Source: Camelus dromedarius (lineage: Eukaryota). Taken from it: DNA of 64,000 nt. The stretch covers positions 101,744,001 to 101,808,000 of the forward strand of contig NC_087436.1 in assembly GCF_036321535.1 (NCBI RefSeq), in the 5' to 3' direction. Positions within the stretch are counted from its first letter, which is position 1, and each line of letters starts with the position of its first letter. Below, one piece after another: positions 1-13,098 of the stretch. Made by a program: the position numbers and the translations under genes. Under the pieces are notes generated by a model, which was not told the origin of the DNA, searched no databases, and worked only from the letters and a program-made list of their open reading frames with translations.

Positions 1-1432
1 TGGAAAATATATTCAATATGTTCCAAAAATGTAGGATGTAAAGATGATACAGAGAAAAATAAAAAATAAAGATGAAACCCAAAGTGAACCTCTAGAGATA
101 AAAATATAACCTCTAAAATAAAAAATAAAATGAATTGAATTAAAAGAAATTAGACACTGTAGAAGAAAAATATTACTTAATTTAAACATATCACAATCAA
201 GAAATGGTAGAAAATGAAATATAAATTTTTTTGAAGTCTGTAAAGAATTAATAGAGCATCAGTGAATTATGAGCTATTAAATGTCCTGATACAATTGTAA
301 CTCAAATATCAGGAAGAGAAGTGGGAACAATGGAGAAAATATTTGAAGAAATAAAGGACAAATTTTTCCAAATTTGATAAAAGTTATAAATCCAAAGATC
401 CAAGAAGCTCAATGAATTTTAAGCATAAAGAAGAAGGAAAAAACAGCACCAAGGGACATCATAATCATTGCTTAAAACCAGTGATAAAAGAAAAAGCTTT
501 AAAGCTGCAAGGGAAAAAAATATATGCACACAGGAATAAATATAAGAATGAGAGCAGATTTATTGTCAACAGTAATTCAAGCCAGAAAAAGGGAGAAGCA
601 TCTTAAAAGTACTGAAAAATATGTCAAACTAGAATGTTATTTCAGCAAAATGTATTTTGAAAATGAAGCCAGAGTAAAGACCTGAGACATATAAAAATCT
701 GAAAGGATATATCATCAACATCACTATTATCATCACTATGAGGAATGTTAAAGAAAGCCCTTCAGGGAGAAAGAAAACAGTAAGAAATTGAAATGGTGAT
801 CTACAGAAAGAATAAAAAATGAAAATGGTTATGTGCAGATAAAAAGACACTTTCCTTATTTTTAAAATTACTTTGAAGGATAATTGTTTAAGCAAAATGA
901 ATAACAACAATGTGTTGTGGGATTTATAACATATATGGAAGTAAAATGTAAGAAAACAAGTGCACAACATTCAGGATTATACTGTTTTAAGCTTTTGCAT
1001 TATACATAAAGTAGTATAATATTGTTTGAAGGGAGACTATGATACATTAAAGATATATATTTTTAAAATTCTAAACAAACTTTAAAATGATAAAACAGAG
1101 AGTTATAGATAATAAGCCAAAAATGAGATAAAATAAAATAAAATGAACTTAATCCAGAAGAAAACGAAAAGAAAAATGGGAAGAAAGAACAGAGGGAACA
1201 AAATGATAGAAATAGTAGATTTATACCAACTATATCAACAAATTCATCACGTATAAACAATCTAAACACCTCCAATTAAAATCCAGGAACTGTTGGAATG
1301 GATAAAAAAGACCCAAATATATACTGTCTCTAAGAAACCCACCATAAATATAAGACATTGATCAGAAAAAAGTAAATTGTTTGGAAAACAAACATCAATC
1401 ATAAGAAAGCCGGCATGACTAGATTAATATTA
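1..1432 (+). mobile_element. Old L1 (L1M-type) fragment: ORF1, inter-ORF region and start of ORF2 endonuclease; runs off window start
   Basis: A-rich strand. ORF1 hallmark 'gagaaaatatttgaagaaataaaggacaaatttttccaaatttgat...ccaaagatccaagaagctcaatgaa'. 1250-1430 resembles the endonuclease N-terminus (NGLN..PIK..WIKK..CL.ETH) with stops and frameshifts. Confidence 0.85.
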
Positions 1433-1689
1433 AGTTTTCTTTCTTTATGTTTATGATTCTTTGTTAGAGCATCTTAATCTCAATTCCTCCTGTTTTTTAC
1501 CCCTAAAATTATTTCTTCAAAAGTATTTTTAAGATCCATTTTGATCATGTGTGTGATATTGATGAGTACATTCCTATGAACATGGTAAATATATACTCTA
1601 TCTGAATTTTCTGATCTATCTTCTGTCCTACCTACACAGCACTAAAATAACCATTACTCTCTCTGCTGTTATATTTAAATTTCTAGCAC

Positions 1690-1878
1690 TTGTCTAATTC
1701 TACAGTTCTGCTCAACAATATTCCACCAGCATCGCACACCCAACATTTCCTGGACTGGCATGTTTGATAACATCTCAAATTCCTTCTCTATTCTTCACAA
1801 CCTGATTTTCACAGATGTCATCCCTTTCCATTTTTAGTTTACATTCGTGCCACGTTGAGTAAGTATTTATTGAATAAC
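1690..1878 (+). mobile_element. L2 3'-end remnant
   Basis: 'catctcaaattcc' and L2-type terminus 'gtgccacgttgagtaagtatttattgaataa'. Confidence 0.45.
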
Positions 1879-1999
1879 ATAAATCCTCTCCAATATATGT
1901 AAGATGCAACTTAAAATTAGTAATTCTTTGCAGTGGAAGACAATGGCAGGTTTCTAGAAGCTTTGTATTTATAGATTAAAATTTCGTTTAGATAACACA

Positions 2000-2880
2000 T
2001 TCAGAAAATACTGATTATCAGTTGTAAATTTTGAGCTGGACTGTAAAACATGAGCAGAATGTCATCAGATGAAGACAGGGGAAGAATATTCTAGGAGGAA
2101 CGGTCCTGCTAAAAGTTTGCAAGGCACACAAATTTTACGCCTTCATTTTCTTTCTTATTTTTCCACCATGTGGGAAAATGAGGAGGTAACTTGAATGGAA
2201 GAGAGAGACTGTTTCATGAAGATGTGGGAAACAGGTTTTGGATATGGATTGAGAAAGAGAAAAACTTAAAGCCAAACATAGAAGTGCAGATGCTGTTTTA
2301 AAAGAATTTGGAAACCATAGGTTTATTTTGGCAAGGAAATTATAAAATCACAGAGTTATTTTCACAAGATTAATCAGGAAGTCATAAGAGATAAAGTTAT
2401 TGCAATTCTGTCATTAGTCATTCATTTATTTGGGTTATGTAATCCCTTTTCAGTTACCTTCTTTTAAAATAGAATATGTTAACTTGAGATAGACTACATG
2501 GTTTTATAAATTTCTTTTTCATTATGAAATTCTAAAAGGAAAGTTGCAAGTTAAAAAAGGAAATCTTGCCATGCTATATTTTGAAATGTATTTATTTTTC
2601 AGAATAGTTTCAGATTCATAGTGAAATTTAGGGTTCCATATACTTCACTCCCAGTTTCCACTATTAACATTATATTATTATGGTTAATTTGTTCCAGTTA
2701 ATGAATCACTATTGATACACAATTGCTAACTGAAGTTAATATGTATGATGAAGGTAAAATCTATAGAAATTGGCAACTGTTTAGATTTTGGGACAGAGGT
2801 TTGCTTGAGGATGGAAGAAATAATGACAGATAAGTCTGAGATCTGGAATTGTGTGATATATTAAATATTCACCAACTTAT
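2000..2880 (-). mobile_element. L2 fragment (two pieces, interrupted by an L1 3' end)
   Basis: Typical antisense L2 text 'ttttgagctggactgtaaaacatgagcagaatg...gaatattctagg'; resumes near 2750 with 'gaaggtaaaatctatagaaattggcaactgtttagat'. Confidence 0.5.
2585..2745 (-). mobile_element. L1MC-type 3' UTR end
   Basis: 'ttccatatac...cagtttccactattaacatt...tttgttccagttaatgaatcactattgatacac' resembles antisense L1MC 3' terminus. Confidence 0.65.
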
Positions 2881-5800
2881 AAGGGTCTAGAGAAATAAAA
2901 TTCATGAAACAGTCACATATACAACACACAGACACACAGAAACACACCTACACAGGCTTTGCCCTTGGTGCATTATATCAGTAGAATGTCAAATAAATAG
3001 CCATACAAACATATGGTTGTGTTTTGCATCTGTGTTTTCTATAGATCCTCTTCTGAAAATATCACCAATTCTTGTGTTCTTTTTTAGGAGAAGAGCCTGG
3101 TCCATTATAGAAAAATTGTTGAATTGAGATAGTGATGGAGAATTTAAAAATACACAAGTAAATCTGAACTTTTTTTTTTGGTTGTGAGGAAAGATAGTGA
3201 ATTTAATCTTAACCAGCTTGAGTTTGAAATGTCTATAAGCATACATAAAATTTCTACAATTAAAGTTTTGCTCTTGCAGATAATTAATTATCAAGTATTG
3301 TCAAAAGATGTGTAAAGATTTCCTTCTTTCTATCTTGGATAGAGAATGGTGGTAGAGTTAAGAGAGGAGCTGAGAAAGGTAATATAGGCAGTGCTTATTT
3401 TATTTAATATTTATGAAATTACCTTCTATCACTAAAGATAGGGATCTGAATTGATCTATTTCCATGAAGCCAAATCATAATCAAGGATTATATAATTCAG
3501 ATACTCTTTTTTTGCTGGTATTAGATGAGTCTAGGGGTAAAGATGGAGGACTCTGAACTTGGTCATAGAAACTTTATCAGATGAGAGAAAATCACTAGTT
3601 TTACTTTCTCTTATTTTGTCTTGTGTGTTTGCACAACTTTTTAGTCACGTATATATCACTAATTCATAGCTTTGTCCGACCGGTCATTATAGTTCCTTAA
3701 AATTCTATGAGATAAAGAGAATTGTAGCAAAATTGGGGTGTTGAGAAATATCTATGTTTTCTTAATAAATTTAAATTTGAAATAAAATATAGCAATATTT
3801 AATAGGGAGCTTCAACTTTAGAGTACTCTTTGGTAACTATACTTATCTTGGTCATAAATAAGTACAGATACAACTATGTACTATATAATTTATCTATTTA
3901 AATTAAATTGGAATTTTATTGCAATACCTTTGCAACCACAATGTAGAGACTGTTTAGACCGCTTCCTCAAGGAGACAATAAAAAATATCCTAAACCAATA
4001 ACTTATTTTGGTCTAAAATGTAGTATAAAATAAACTTTAGTCCTTTTTGCTTTGTGTTTGTATTTGCATAGACTGTTTGCCCATGAATTTTGTATCTAGC
4101 TCTCCTGGATAGTCTGTAAATTCTGTGGTAGAGAAACAATCATTATTTACAACTACAACGTGCACTTTCTATTTTGAAACATGTTGGGAAGCTCTCCCAA
4201 TTTATACATTGGCTTGATAGGTTCCTATGTTTTCTGATACAAGTTGGCTAAAAAGATTAAAGCTTAAGGATGATTGAACATATCTATTGTATTTCAGAAA
4301 ACAGAAATGCATAAATTACTTTGTTGTCTCTTTAAATTATATGCAATGAAAAATTCTCTTTTGATATTCAAACAGCACACAGGATTTAATTTCTCTAATT
4401 AGTTTTTGTGTTCCTGTTTCTGCTTCCATGGCATCCATCCACAAGCCACCATCATAATCCAAAATGAGTTTCTTTTTGAATGACAGTCATATCAGTGAAG
4501 ATATCTAAAAGTACTGAAGGAATATTGGAACGTATAGAGAATATTTTATAAAACTTCTGGAAAAAAAAAAGGTTTTTGTGTTGATTTCAGGAGAGAGTGT
4601 CTATGCATTCTCTGAGAGAGATCATATATGCCCTATTTTAAATTTTGTTGTCTATTTTTGTTTATTTCATTGATTTTATGTGTACCTCTATATCTATTTA
4701 TAGCTATCTATCATTACCGTGTCTATCTATATAATTTTTCTTCTATTTACTTTCATATCTAGATACAATTTTGGGGGGCACTGCAAAATATTCATGAATT
4801 TTAATTATTCAAAGATTTTAATTTGCATTTTATGTTAAATTGAAAATCTTGTCTGTCTTAACAGCTATTGTACTTTTTCCCTCTATATTTTCTTTCTTAG
4901 TAATTGAACCACTGGTTCTTAGCTAAGAACTTTACTCGATGACATTAAGAATGGATTTCCTAGCCTTGTGGCTACGTATGTCAAGAGACATGAAGTTTAA
5001 GAAGAAAATAGGGGCAGAACTCATGCCAATGGTGTTGAAAGGGACGTGGTAGCAGAAGTTTTTTAAAAATCTGTGTGCTGGTTCCTTCTTACCACTTTTA
5101 GCCAAGTTCTATATTATCGTTTTGAAGTAGCTTCTCCACCAACAAAGATGGAAAGGTATAAAGTTTGACTAAGAAGCTTTCTGTCTGTGGTAAGCAATTG
5201 GAGTTGACTGAATGCATCATCATATGAAGTCTTTAATTCATCAAATAATTCTGCACCAGAAACTGAAGCAATTAAAAAGTGTCGTGAAGCTGCAGATTTA
5301 GCAGCATGCTACTTTGGTGATCCACTTTATAAAGGATGTGTACTGACTAGCCAAAATTGGATTAAGGACATTGCTATCTCAGGCAAACCCTTTGAGATGG
5401 TCCCAAGGTAGCTGTCATTAAATTGAGATTAAGTATTGAGGGCTAGGAGGAAAACAGAGGCCTATAACTTAAAAAATATGTACTGTTTTAAAGACACTGT
5501 CTAGATAAGACATTTAGTTGTGAAAACACACATGTTAGAATGATCTTTTTTGCTTTACGCCACCATTTGGAGTAATTTGGTATGCTGCAATAAATAACTA
5601 ACACACCATGAGAGTTTAATAATATACACAATTGACACTCTGATTTATTTTATTCCAGCAGTAAAAAATATAATACAATATTAATATACAATTATACACA
5701 CACACATACACACACACTTTATGTCTCATGAGACAGTCAGTTTAAATTACAGGCTAGACAATGAGGTAGATAAGAAAGCTCTGCTCCTCATGAATTGGTT

Positions 5801-6789
5801 TATTTCTGCATGGCTGTCTATACATCTCCCTTATTTTTTAATCCAAAGAAACTATAGAAGCAAATATAATTGCCATCTATTTTCCCTTGCTTATAGGTTT
5901 GTTTTAGTACATATTTTTGTACACTAAGGGTTTATCAATAAAGAAATTTATTTACCAGTTTTCAAATTCACTGATGATATAATGCATTACTATGATTCAA
6001 AATGTTCTTCACATTTTAACAGTCCTGATGAAACATACAACTGATATGGATATCAAAACACACATTAATATTTTGGAATGCTAGTATTGAGGAAAAAGTA
6101 GGAAATAATTTAATCTGGGAATATATAAGTTGTTTATTCCAATTTCTCCTAAGTGGAAATTGAGGTATGGAGAAAGGAAAAATCAATTATGATACTACAA
6201 CTGCAAAAGGATATTCATAAGAATCATAAATATAATAAACTGTAAATCAAAAGCATTTTATTTTCACATGGAAGTGAAAAATGCATCTATTATTGATTTT
6301 AATAATGATGTTTAGTGGTAAGGATCAACTAAAAACATTGGATTTGCTAATGTAGAAAATATAAAATTAATAGTGAAATAATATTAAAAAATTAAGAATT
6401 AATTAAATTATAGAAGTTGCTGTATACATGGAAACATTTAATTAACCAGATTAAAAAAAACATTATACGCAAATAAGTGTTAATAACTTGACTGAGAAAA
6501 AAGCCCACAAAACTGGGAGATGCGAAATGAAAGTTGGGCTTGATTATTAATCATCTGTGATCAAGATCACATGACAATGTGTTTCATCCTCTGATTTTCT
6601 TATATAAAGTGATAGTATTTGTCTCTTGAATTTAAACACGAATGGAGAATGGGAGATTATAGTTGTCCTCAGCAAGCCTGAAAGCAAAATTGAACATATT
6701 ATTTACGGAGCATTGATGAATCCTGGACCAACTTTATAAATCAAAATGAGATTATGAAATAAGAAAGGACACATAAGATCAAAGTAAAC

Positions 6790-7260
6790 TAATTTATTAA
6801 AGTACATTGCATTAGTTGCTGTTTGTTAGATACCTGGAATAAAAACCTGATCATGTTTTCAAGAGTTTATACTCTGGTGGGAGATACAGATACTAAAAAG
6901 CACTCGCAGTAAAATGTGAAAGTAAGTACTAGTTATTTCCAAGTCTTCTTAGAAGAAGAGCTAGGCATAAAAATTAAAAAAGAACTACACTCGAAAAGAG
7001 TGGGCGGTGGAGCTTGGCTTGGCTAGGGTGGGAGCTGGAGTTAGTCTTGGGAAGGTTGAGTGGGAGAAAGTTATTCTAGGTAGAGTCAAGAATACAGTCC
7101 AGGTTTGAGGACAATAGAGAAATGGTGCTTTGGGAGAAAGTTCAGTGATACAGGAAGGCAGAAGCAAACAGTTCTTGATAGGGAGTGTTGAGACATGAGG
7201 CATGAGAGTAAAGCAAGGGAAGATTATAAACAATCATATAGCATTTAAAACAAGTTTTAA
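6790..7260 (-). mobile_element. L2 fragment
   Basis: 'aatttattaaagtaca...tgttagatacctggaataaaaacctgatcatgttttcaagagtttatactctggtgggagatacag' is a degraded antisense L2 3' region. Confidence 0.55.
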
Positions 7261-7624
7261 AAAAGCACCTAACAAAACTTAAATTCAATTCCAAAGAAAA
7301 AGTCCTGAGACAGCATTTCAGAGTGTAATAGAACATATGGAATACACATGCATGGAATGAAAGTTTTATGAATTAATAAAAAAAATGAGATAATGATTTT
7401 ATAAATGTTCATTCTAAAAAAACTCATCAGTCATCCACGTGTTAGTTGTCTGACTTCAAAAAACATCAACACATTTCAGATATTTAGGTTTGGAGGATCT
7501 ATTGTTACGCCTCAGGTTGAGCTCAGAATATCAAGTAAATGAATATCCTTGGACTTCACAAGAGACCGAAGACTGGAAAGCCATCTGGAACCAAGGCAGA
7601 TTCTTTGTCTCTTTCTCTGTCTCA

Positions 7625-7625
<1 letters not shown>

Positions 7626-7694
<69 letters not shown>
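7626..7694. repeat. Perfect (CA)34 microsatellite
   Basis: Read directly; explains the HTHT/CVCV ORFs. Confidence 0.99.
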
Positions 7695-7697
<3 letters not shown>

Positions 7698-7924
7698 ATA
7701 TCTTTATGGCTTTCCCCTGGATCTCTGCTCCACTCTACAGCTACCCTCTGGGGACTGGTTTTCACAGCACACCCAGACCCAGGCAGTAAGTAGATCTAGC
7801 CCTAGAGTCAGAACTTGAATATTAGAAATACAAAGTTCTGATCTGAATGCTGAATTGAGTCTTCATAACGTTGTATAAAAGATTGAGAAGGTGTGCATAT
7901 GAAGGTTTGATGACTACAACTTTT

Positions 7925-8175
7925 GTATCAAATTCTTACAAACTTCCCTCCCCACTCCCTAATCCCCCAATAATCACATCCTGTGAGTTCCTGCCTTCTT
8001 GTATTCTTCCGCTTCGCTCCACCTGGCTTTGTGACTTGTTTGGATGAACAGAATGTAGTGAAAGAGATACTTTGTACATTCCATGCTTGGGCTTTAAGGG
8101 GTTTTGCAACTTTTGCTTTTACTGTCTTGGGGCCCGAGTCACTATGTAAAGAAATCTTGACTATCCTAGTGCAGT
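7925..8175 (+). mobile_element. MaLR MLT1 (G/H-like) LTR, 5' part
   Basis: 'ctggctttgtgacttgtttggatgaacagaatgtagtgaaagagatactttgtacattcc' is the MLT1 core motif. Confidence 0.65.
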
Positions 8176-8459
8176 GAATCTCTACTAATGGATGATCAAA
8201 GAAACTCAAATTGTTGGTAAAATGTTATGAATTAAATGTTGGGCTACAAGGAGGCCTTGGATATATTATACATGTGGAACATATACAGCCAGTTGGTTCA
8301 GCTATAGAAAAAAACAAAAGGCTTACTAATGATAGTTGACTGAAGACTAGGATTGATATTACATCATAAAGGTAGTCCATCCTTCATGGAGCAGGACATC
8401 AAAGATAACTTCTTCAGTAATGCTCAACTTAGTGTCTCCCAGCATATGTGGTAGCAGCT

Positions 8460-9480
8460 GTAATGGTTTTGTAATGTATCGACTTGACTTGCATGTATTC
8501 CCTTGCTGGATTCAGGCACAATATTCATTTTTTTGCATGAGCTATGAAAAGCAGCTGCATTACTGTCTTATGCTCTAAAAGTTGGGGAAGGGTCACCAGA
8601 AGCTTTTGTAGCTCACATGTGTTTTTATTTATCTGCTGGGTCCTCATGTTTCTATGAGTCAGGGGCTGGGTCTGCAATTCCCTCACCTTCCCTCAGATCT
8701 TTTAGCTTTTTTAACTTCTAGGTCAAGTGTGATTAGCTCCCTGAAAGGGGCACCTATTTCTTATGAGAGGCACTATAGCATCCAGGTTGGAAAAGTAAGA
8801 ACTGGTATGTTGTAGATAGGCAGAATGATGTCCACACCCTAATCTCCAAACCTGTCCATGTAGTACCTTAAATCTAAAAGAGCCTTTGCAGATATCATGA
8901 AATTAAAAATCTCGAGATAAAAAGTATCCTGGACTATCAGGATGGTCTCACTATAATCACAAGATCACTTATAGGGGAGGGAGGAGGGTCAGAAGCAGAC
9001 AGAGTCATATGACAATTGAAGCAGAGGTCGCGTTCAGAGAGAAATTTGAAGACGCTATGATGTTGGCTTTTAAAGTGGAGGAAAGGATCATGAGTGAAGG
9101 AATACAGGAGGCCTCTAGAAGCTGGAAAAGGCAAAGACACAGATTCCCCTCTTGAACCTATGGAAGGAACATATCCTTGACAAGACCTTGGTGTTACCCC
9201 AAAAAGACCTATTTCAGACTTCTGACCTTCAAAACTGTATCATAATCATTTGTGTTTTTGTAAGCCACTAAATTTGTAGTAATTTGTTACAACAGCCATG
9301 GAAGATGAATACGCCTGGGCTCCAGTCTATTTCTTGTGAGTATCAGCCCATGCTGTGGGCCAGGGAGTTCTCTCGTGGTTCACATTCTGCAGCACATTTA
9401 GCCTAAAGTTTGCTTCTTATGTTTGATGTTTTAAAGATAAGACCCACCTTCTCTGCCATCAGATATTCTTGTTGTAAAAT
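8460..9480 (+). mobile_element. ERVL-class LTR (LTR41-like), interrupted by MLT1D
   Basis: Starts 'tgtaatggttttgtaatgtatcgacttgact' (ERVL LTR start motif), then 'aagcagctgcattactgtc'; right boundary uncertain. Confidence 0.45.
8811..9313 (+). mobile_element. MaLR MLT1D LTR, essentially full length
   Basis: 'tgtagataggcagaatgatg...ctttgcagat...ggcctctagaagctggaaaaggcaa...ttcagacttctgaccttcaaaactgt...taagccactaaatttgtagtaatttgttacaacagc'. Confidence 0.85.
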
Positions 9481-10607
9481 TTGGGTCAGAAATACTTTTT
9501 ACCCCATTCTTGTCTACAATTTCCATGATCAAGTAAAGGAGGAGATGGCAGTGCATTCAGCCAGTGGACCATCTTGCCATCTTGGATTGAAAATTCTCTA
9601 TTTATCTTCAGTAAATCTCGTGTGGCTCTTAATACATTTGGAAGCAGAATCTAGTCTTCTTCTTTTATGAACATTCCCTTGATTTTCCAGTCCCTGAAAT
9701 TATCACCCACCTTCCCGCTCTAATTCTCCTTCTGTCTTAAATATCCTTCTTCCTCTCCATACCCCTTCCAGAACTCTAAATATCTTCTCAAGTGGCTGAA
9801 TTTTTCCCAAATATGAAGCACTGCTGATTTTGGCTGCTTCTTTTTTTTTTTTTTTTTTTTTTCCCCTCTGCAACAATCTCTAAAACTAAAGGACTAGGCT
9901 CCATTTTAGATACAAAAGGAGAGAAACTGTCGAAAGTTCATTGTGAATACACTTGCCTATTAGAAAACACGAGAAATTAAATTGGTAGATATAATGAAAA
10001 ACTGTAAAGCAAGATAATATTGCAACAGCTTTACTCATCACTTATAATTTCTAGACATCCAGAGAAATTTAAGTTTTATTTATAGATAGAAAAATCCAAG
10101 TGAATAAAGATGATGTGAAGAAAATGAGACTCATTTATTGTATTTTCATATAAGTCAATGAATTATTTTCAAATGGTAATTGAGTCTAGAAAGTGCTATT
10201 TAATTCATAAATAAGAACATAATTCAATTGAGGTTATTTGAAGATAATCAAGTAATTATTGCCAAACCAAAAGATGAACTACAATTTGTAGGAAATCATT
10301 TAAACATAATTGCAAAGAAGTATAAAATAAAAATTTCCCCAGAGATTTATGGAGGTGTTAAGCAGTGAGAAACAATATAAAACTTGATGGAGTTATGACT
10401 GAAGAAACAGAGATAAACAACTTAGGAAGCATAATTCTTTAATAACAAAAATGGTAGTTACTTTAACTTAAAATTTGCCATGCAATAAATAGGACATTAC
10501 CAGGAATTTTAACAAGCAGTAAATGCCCCAAAAGATTGGATCACATTTGGCCAAAAGAATCAGTGCTCAACTGATAAATCCTCCTATATGTACTGGCTTG
10601 CTGGAAA

Positions 10608-11116
10608 TGTAACCAAGCAGGGCCTATGGGGCCTTCCTGGGACAGCCCACCCAGGTCCTCCACCTGCCTCTTGTTTCTAGAAAACAATTAGATTCCTAGG
10701 CCTTCCCTCAGTTCAAAATTATGCATTTAATCAGAAAGGTGAGAAAATGCAGAAGCAAAGGAAAACAGCAGAGCAATATAGAATAATACTAATTTAGCCA
10801 TTAAACAAAATTAAGGACATTTGGTTCCTCCTCAAGGGCTATGGATAATATTCTGAGCTATTCTTTGAGCTGTTTTGTAGATACTGAAACCCCCACCAGG
10901 GGGAAGAAGTGAACTCTAGATTGCCCACCAGCAGGTAAAACCCTTTCCCCGAAAGCCATCTGGAAATTCGGGAGTTTGAGTCTTTCAAGCACTAGCTGCC
11001 GGACTCCTTGCTTGGCATCCCGCAGTAAACACTGCACTTCCCTTCACCACCGCCTGATGTCAGTAGGTTGGCTTCACCCCACACAGGCAAGCAGACCTAA
11101 GTTTAGTTTAGTAACA
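10608..11116 (+). mobile_element. Solo LTR, ERV1 class (509 bp)
   Basis: TG...CA termini (tgtaac...gtaaca); perfect 4-bp TSD 'gaaa' at 10604-10607 and 11117-11120; AGTAAA polyA-signal-like motif near 11023. Confidence 0.85.
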
Positions 11117-12733
11117 GAAACTCTAGAAACTTCTTATAAAGTATGACTGTTTACTCTTGATAGATCTTTTTCTCCCTATGTATTGCAAGATACATGAAGT
11201 GTCTACTTTTGCCCACTGGAGAGAAGTGCCCTTAGCTGCCATGAGTGTCCTCTTCTCTCCCCTGCCAGCTATTCCTGACTAGCCCATGACTGATTCCTTT
11301 CACTTGCTCTCTACCAGACATTTAAAACAAGAATGAGTCATTCAGGATTTCTGTGTGACTATACCTGTCAGAGAAATCTGCAGATCTGTAGACAAATAAT
11401 TCTTAGATGTATAGAATCAAGAACAGAGTAGTTACACAGAGAAGGGAAATATGAGAAACACAGAGAAGGGATCAGAATATAAAACAGTGTAGCGCTTATC
11501 TTTTTATCTTCTACCTTTCAATCCAAAACACATAGGTCATCTTGCAGAAGGTGATTTACTGTCTCTTAAGAATTTTGATGCAAGCACAGTGAAATGGAGC
11601 CTTTTTCAAAATGGCCTTAGCTTCCATGTTGCTGCTAAGCTGCCACAGTCATTTTTCCAGGATAAATGCTAAATGCAAAGTCAAGTCTGGTCAAAGGCTA
11701 GATCAGAGAATTCTAAGCTTAATGGTTCTATGGACTTCAGTGGGGATGGTTCTTTAGATATGGGCGCTTAATAATTCTTTATCTCTTTCTTCTTCTTTTT
11801 TGTGACTGATTGTTTATTAGTTAGTTCCCCTTGTTCATTTATTTTTATTTACCCATACACATTTATGATTAGTATTTTCCAGTTAATTTGTATTATTATG
11901 TAGAATATGCATGATTCTACTTTAAAAGTTCAAGCAAAACCACATATTATACTTTTTCTTGTTGAAGTTTTGACTCCTTTTAAAAGTCTTATTTCTTTTC
12001 TAATAATCCGATGTTGACAGTGTAGAGAATGCTGTAACTGTAGCTTTTAGAGGGGTCAAACCAGTTATGGCAATTTCTAGAATTGTTGGAGGCAGGAGAA
12101 TTTATTTTTCTAGTCCAAGAAATGCTGAGAATAGGCTTTTGTTATTTGATGAATTAAGGTCCAGTGAGGCTTTTGTGATTGGAGTTCTTTCTGGAAAAAT
12201 GTAATTATCTGTAAGTTTTTTCACATAGTTGGAAGGTACTTGACTGCTCCAGCTAAAGAAATACAGATAACATCAAGTATTTTGGGGGGTTAAAATTAAG
12301 GGGCAATAAAGCAATAAAGGGAAAAAGTAATACATGTGCAATACCTGCTTTAAGAAAATTTCATAAAGTATGACAATTATCTCATGGTCCCTTCTCAGCA
12401 GGAGGCCAACTCTAAGATCCCCTTCACCTCTAATGACTTGATTTAACGTCTTGCATTTCTTTAAAAATTTTCATGACCTACTTTTCATTTTATTTAAAGT
12501 TTTTACAAATAATTACAAACAGACAAAAAAGTTTTATTATCAAGATAGTATACCTTTTAAAAGAATCTGTTTTTTGTATCTTTGGGAAGAATTTTATCAA
12601 TTTCTTTAGTAAATTTCAATTTCAATACCTATATTTCTTTAAAAAGACATTAATTTCATTACTATTCCTATTAAACACACGAACATACATGAAGATTGCT
12701 TACAATATTACATATTTGTTAGTCAGTTTAAGT

Positions 12734-13098
12734 GTTTTTCTTTTCCATTATAGTTTATTAGAAGATATTGAATACAGTTCCCTGTGCTATATAATAGGAC
12801 CTTGTTGTTTACTTATTTTGTATATAGTAGTTTTTATCTATTAACTGTAAACTCCTTATTTATCACTCCTCCCTATTTTCCCTTTGGTAATTATAAATTT
12901 GTTTTCTATGACTAGGAGTTGGTTTATATTTTATAAATAAATTCATTTGTACCATTTTTTAAAAATTCTACATATAAGTGATATACTGATATTTGTCTTT
13001 CTCTGACTTACTTCACTTAGTATGATAATCTCTAGGTCCAGCCATGTTGCTGCAAATGGCATTGTTTTATTTCTTTTTATGGCTGAGTAATATGCTAA
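12734..13098 (-). mobile_element. Artiodactyl-type L1 3' fragment (end of ORF2 plus 3' UTR), lacking the normal terminus
   Basis: Homologous to copies at 38224-38939 and 22007-22912 ('aagatattgaatacagttccctgtgctat', 'ccatgttgctgcaaatggcatt'); TSD-like 12720-12733 / 13099-13112. Confidence 0.9.

Noticed and set aside
7490..7793. His/Thr- and Cys/Val-repeat ORFs
   Set aside because: Translations of the (CA)34 microsatellite.
5233..12157. 16-bp inverted match ttaattcatcaaataa (5233-5248) / ttatttgatgaattaa (12142-12157)
   Set aside because: About one such match is expected by chance in 64 kb of AT-rich DNA, and the flanks do not extend.
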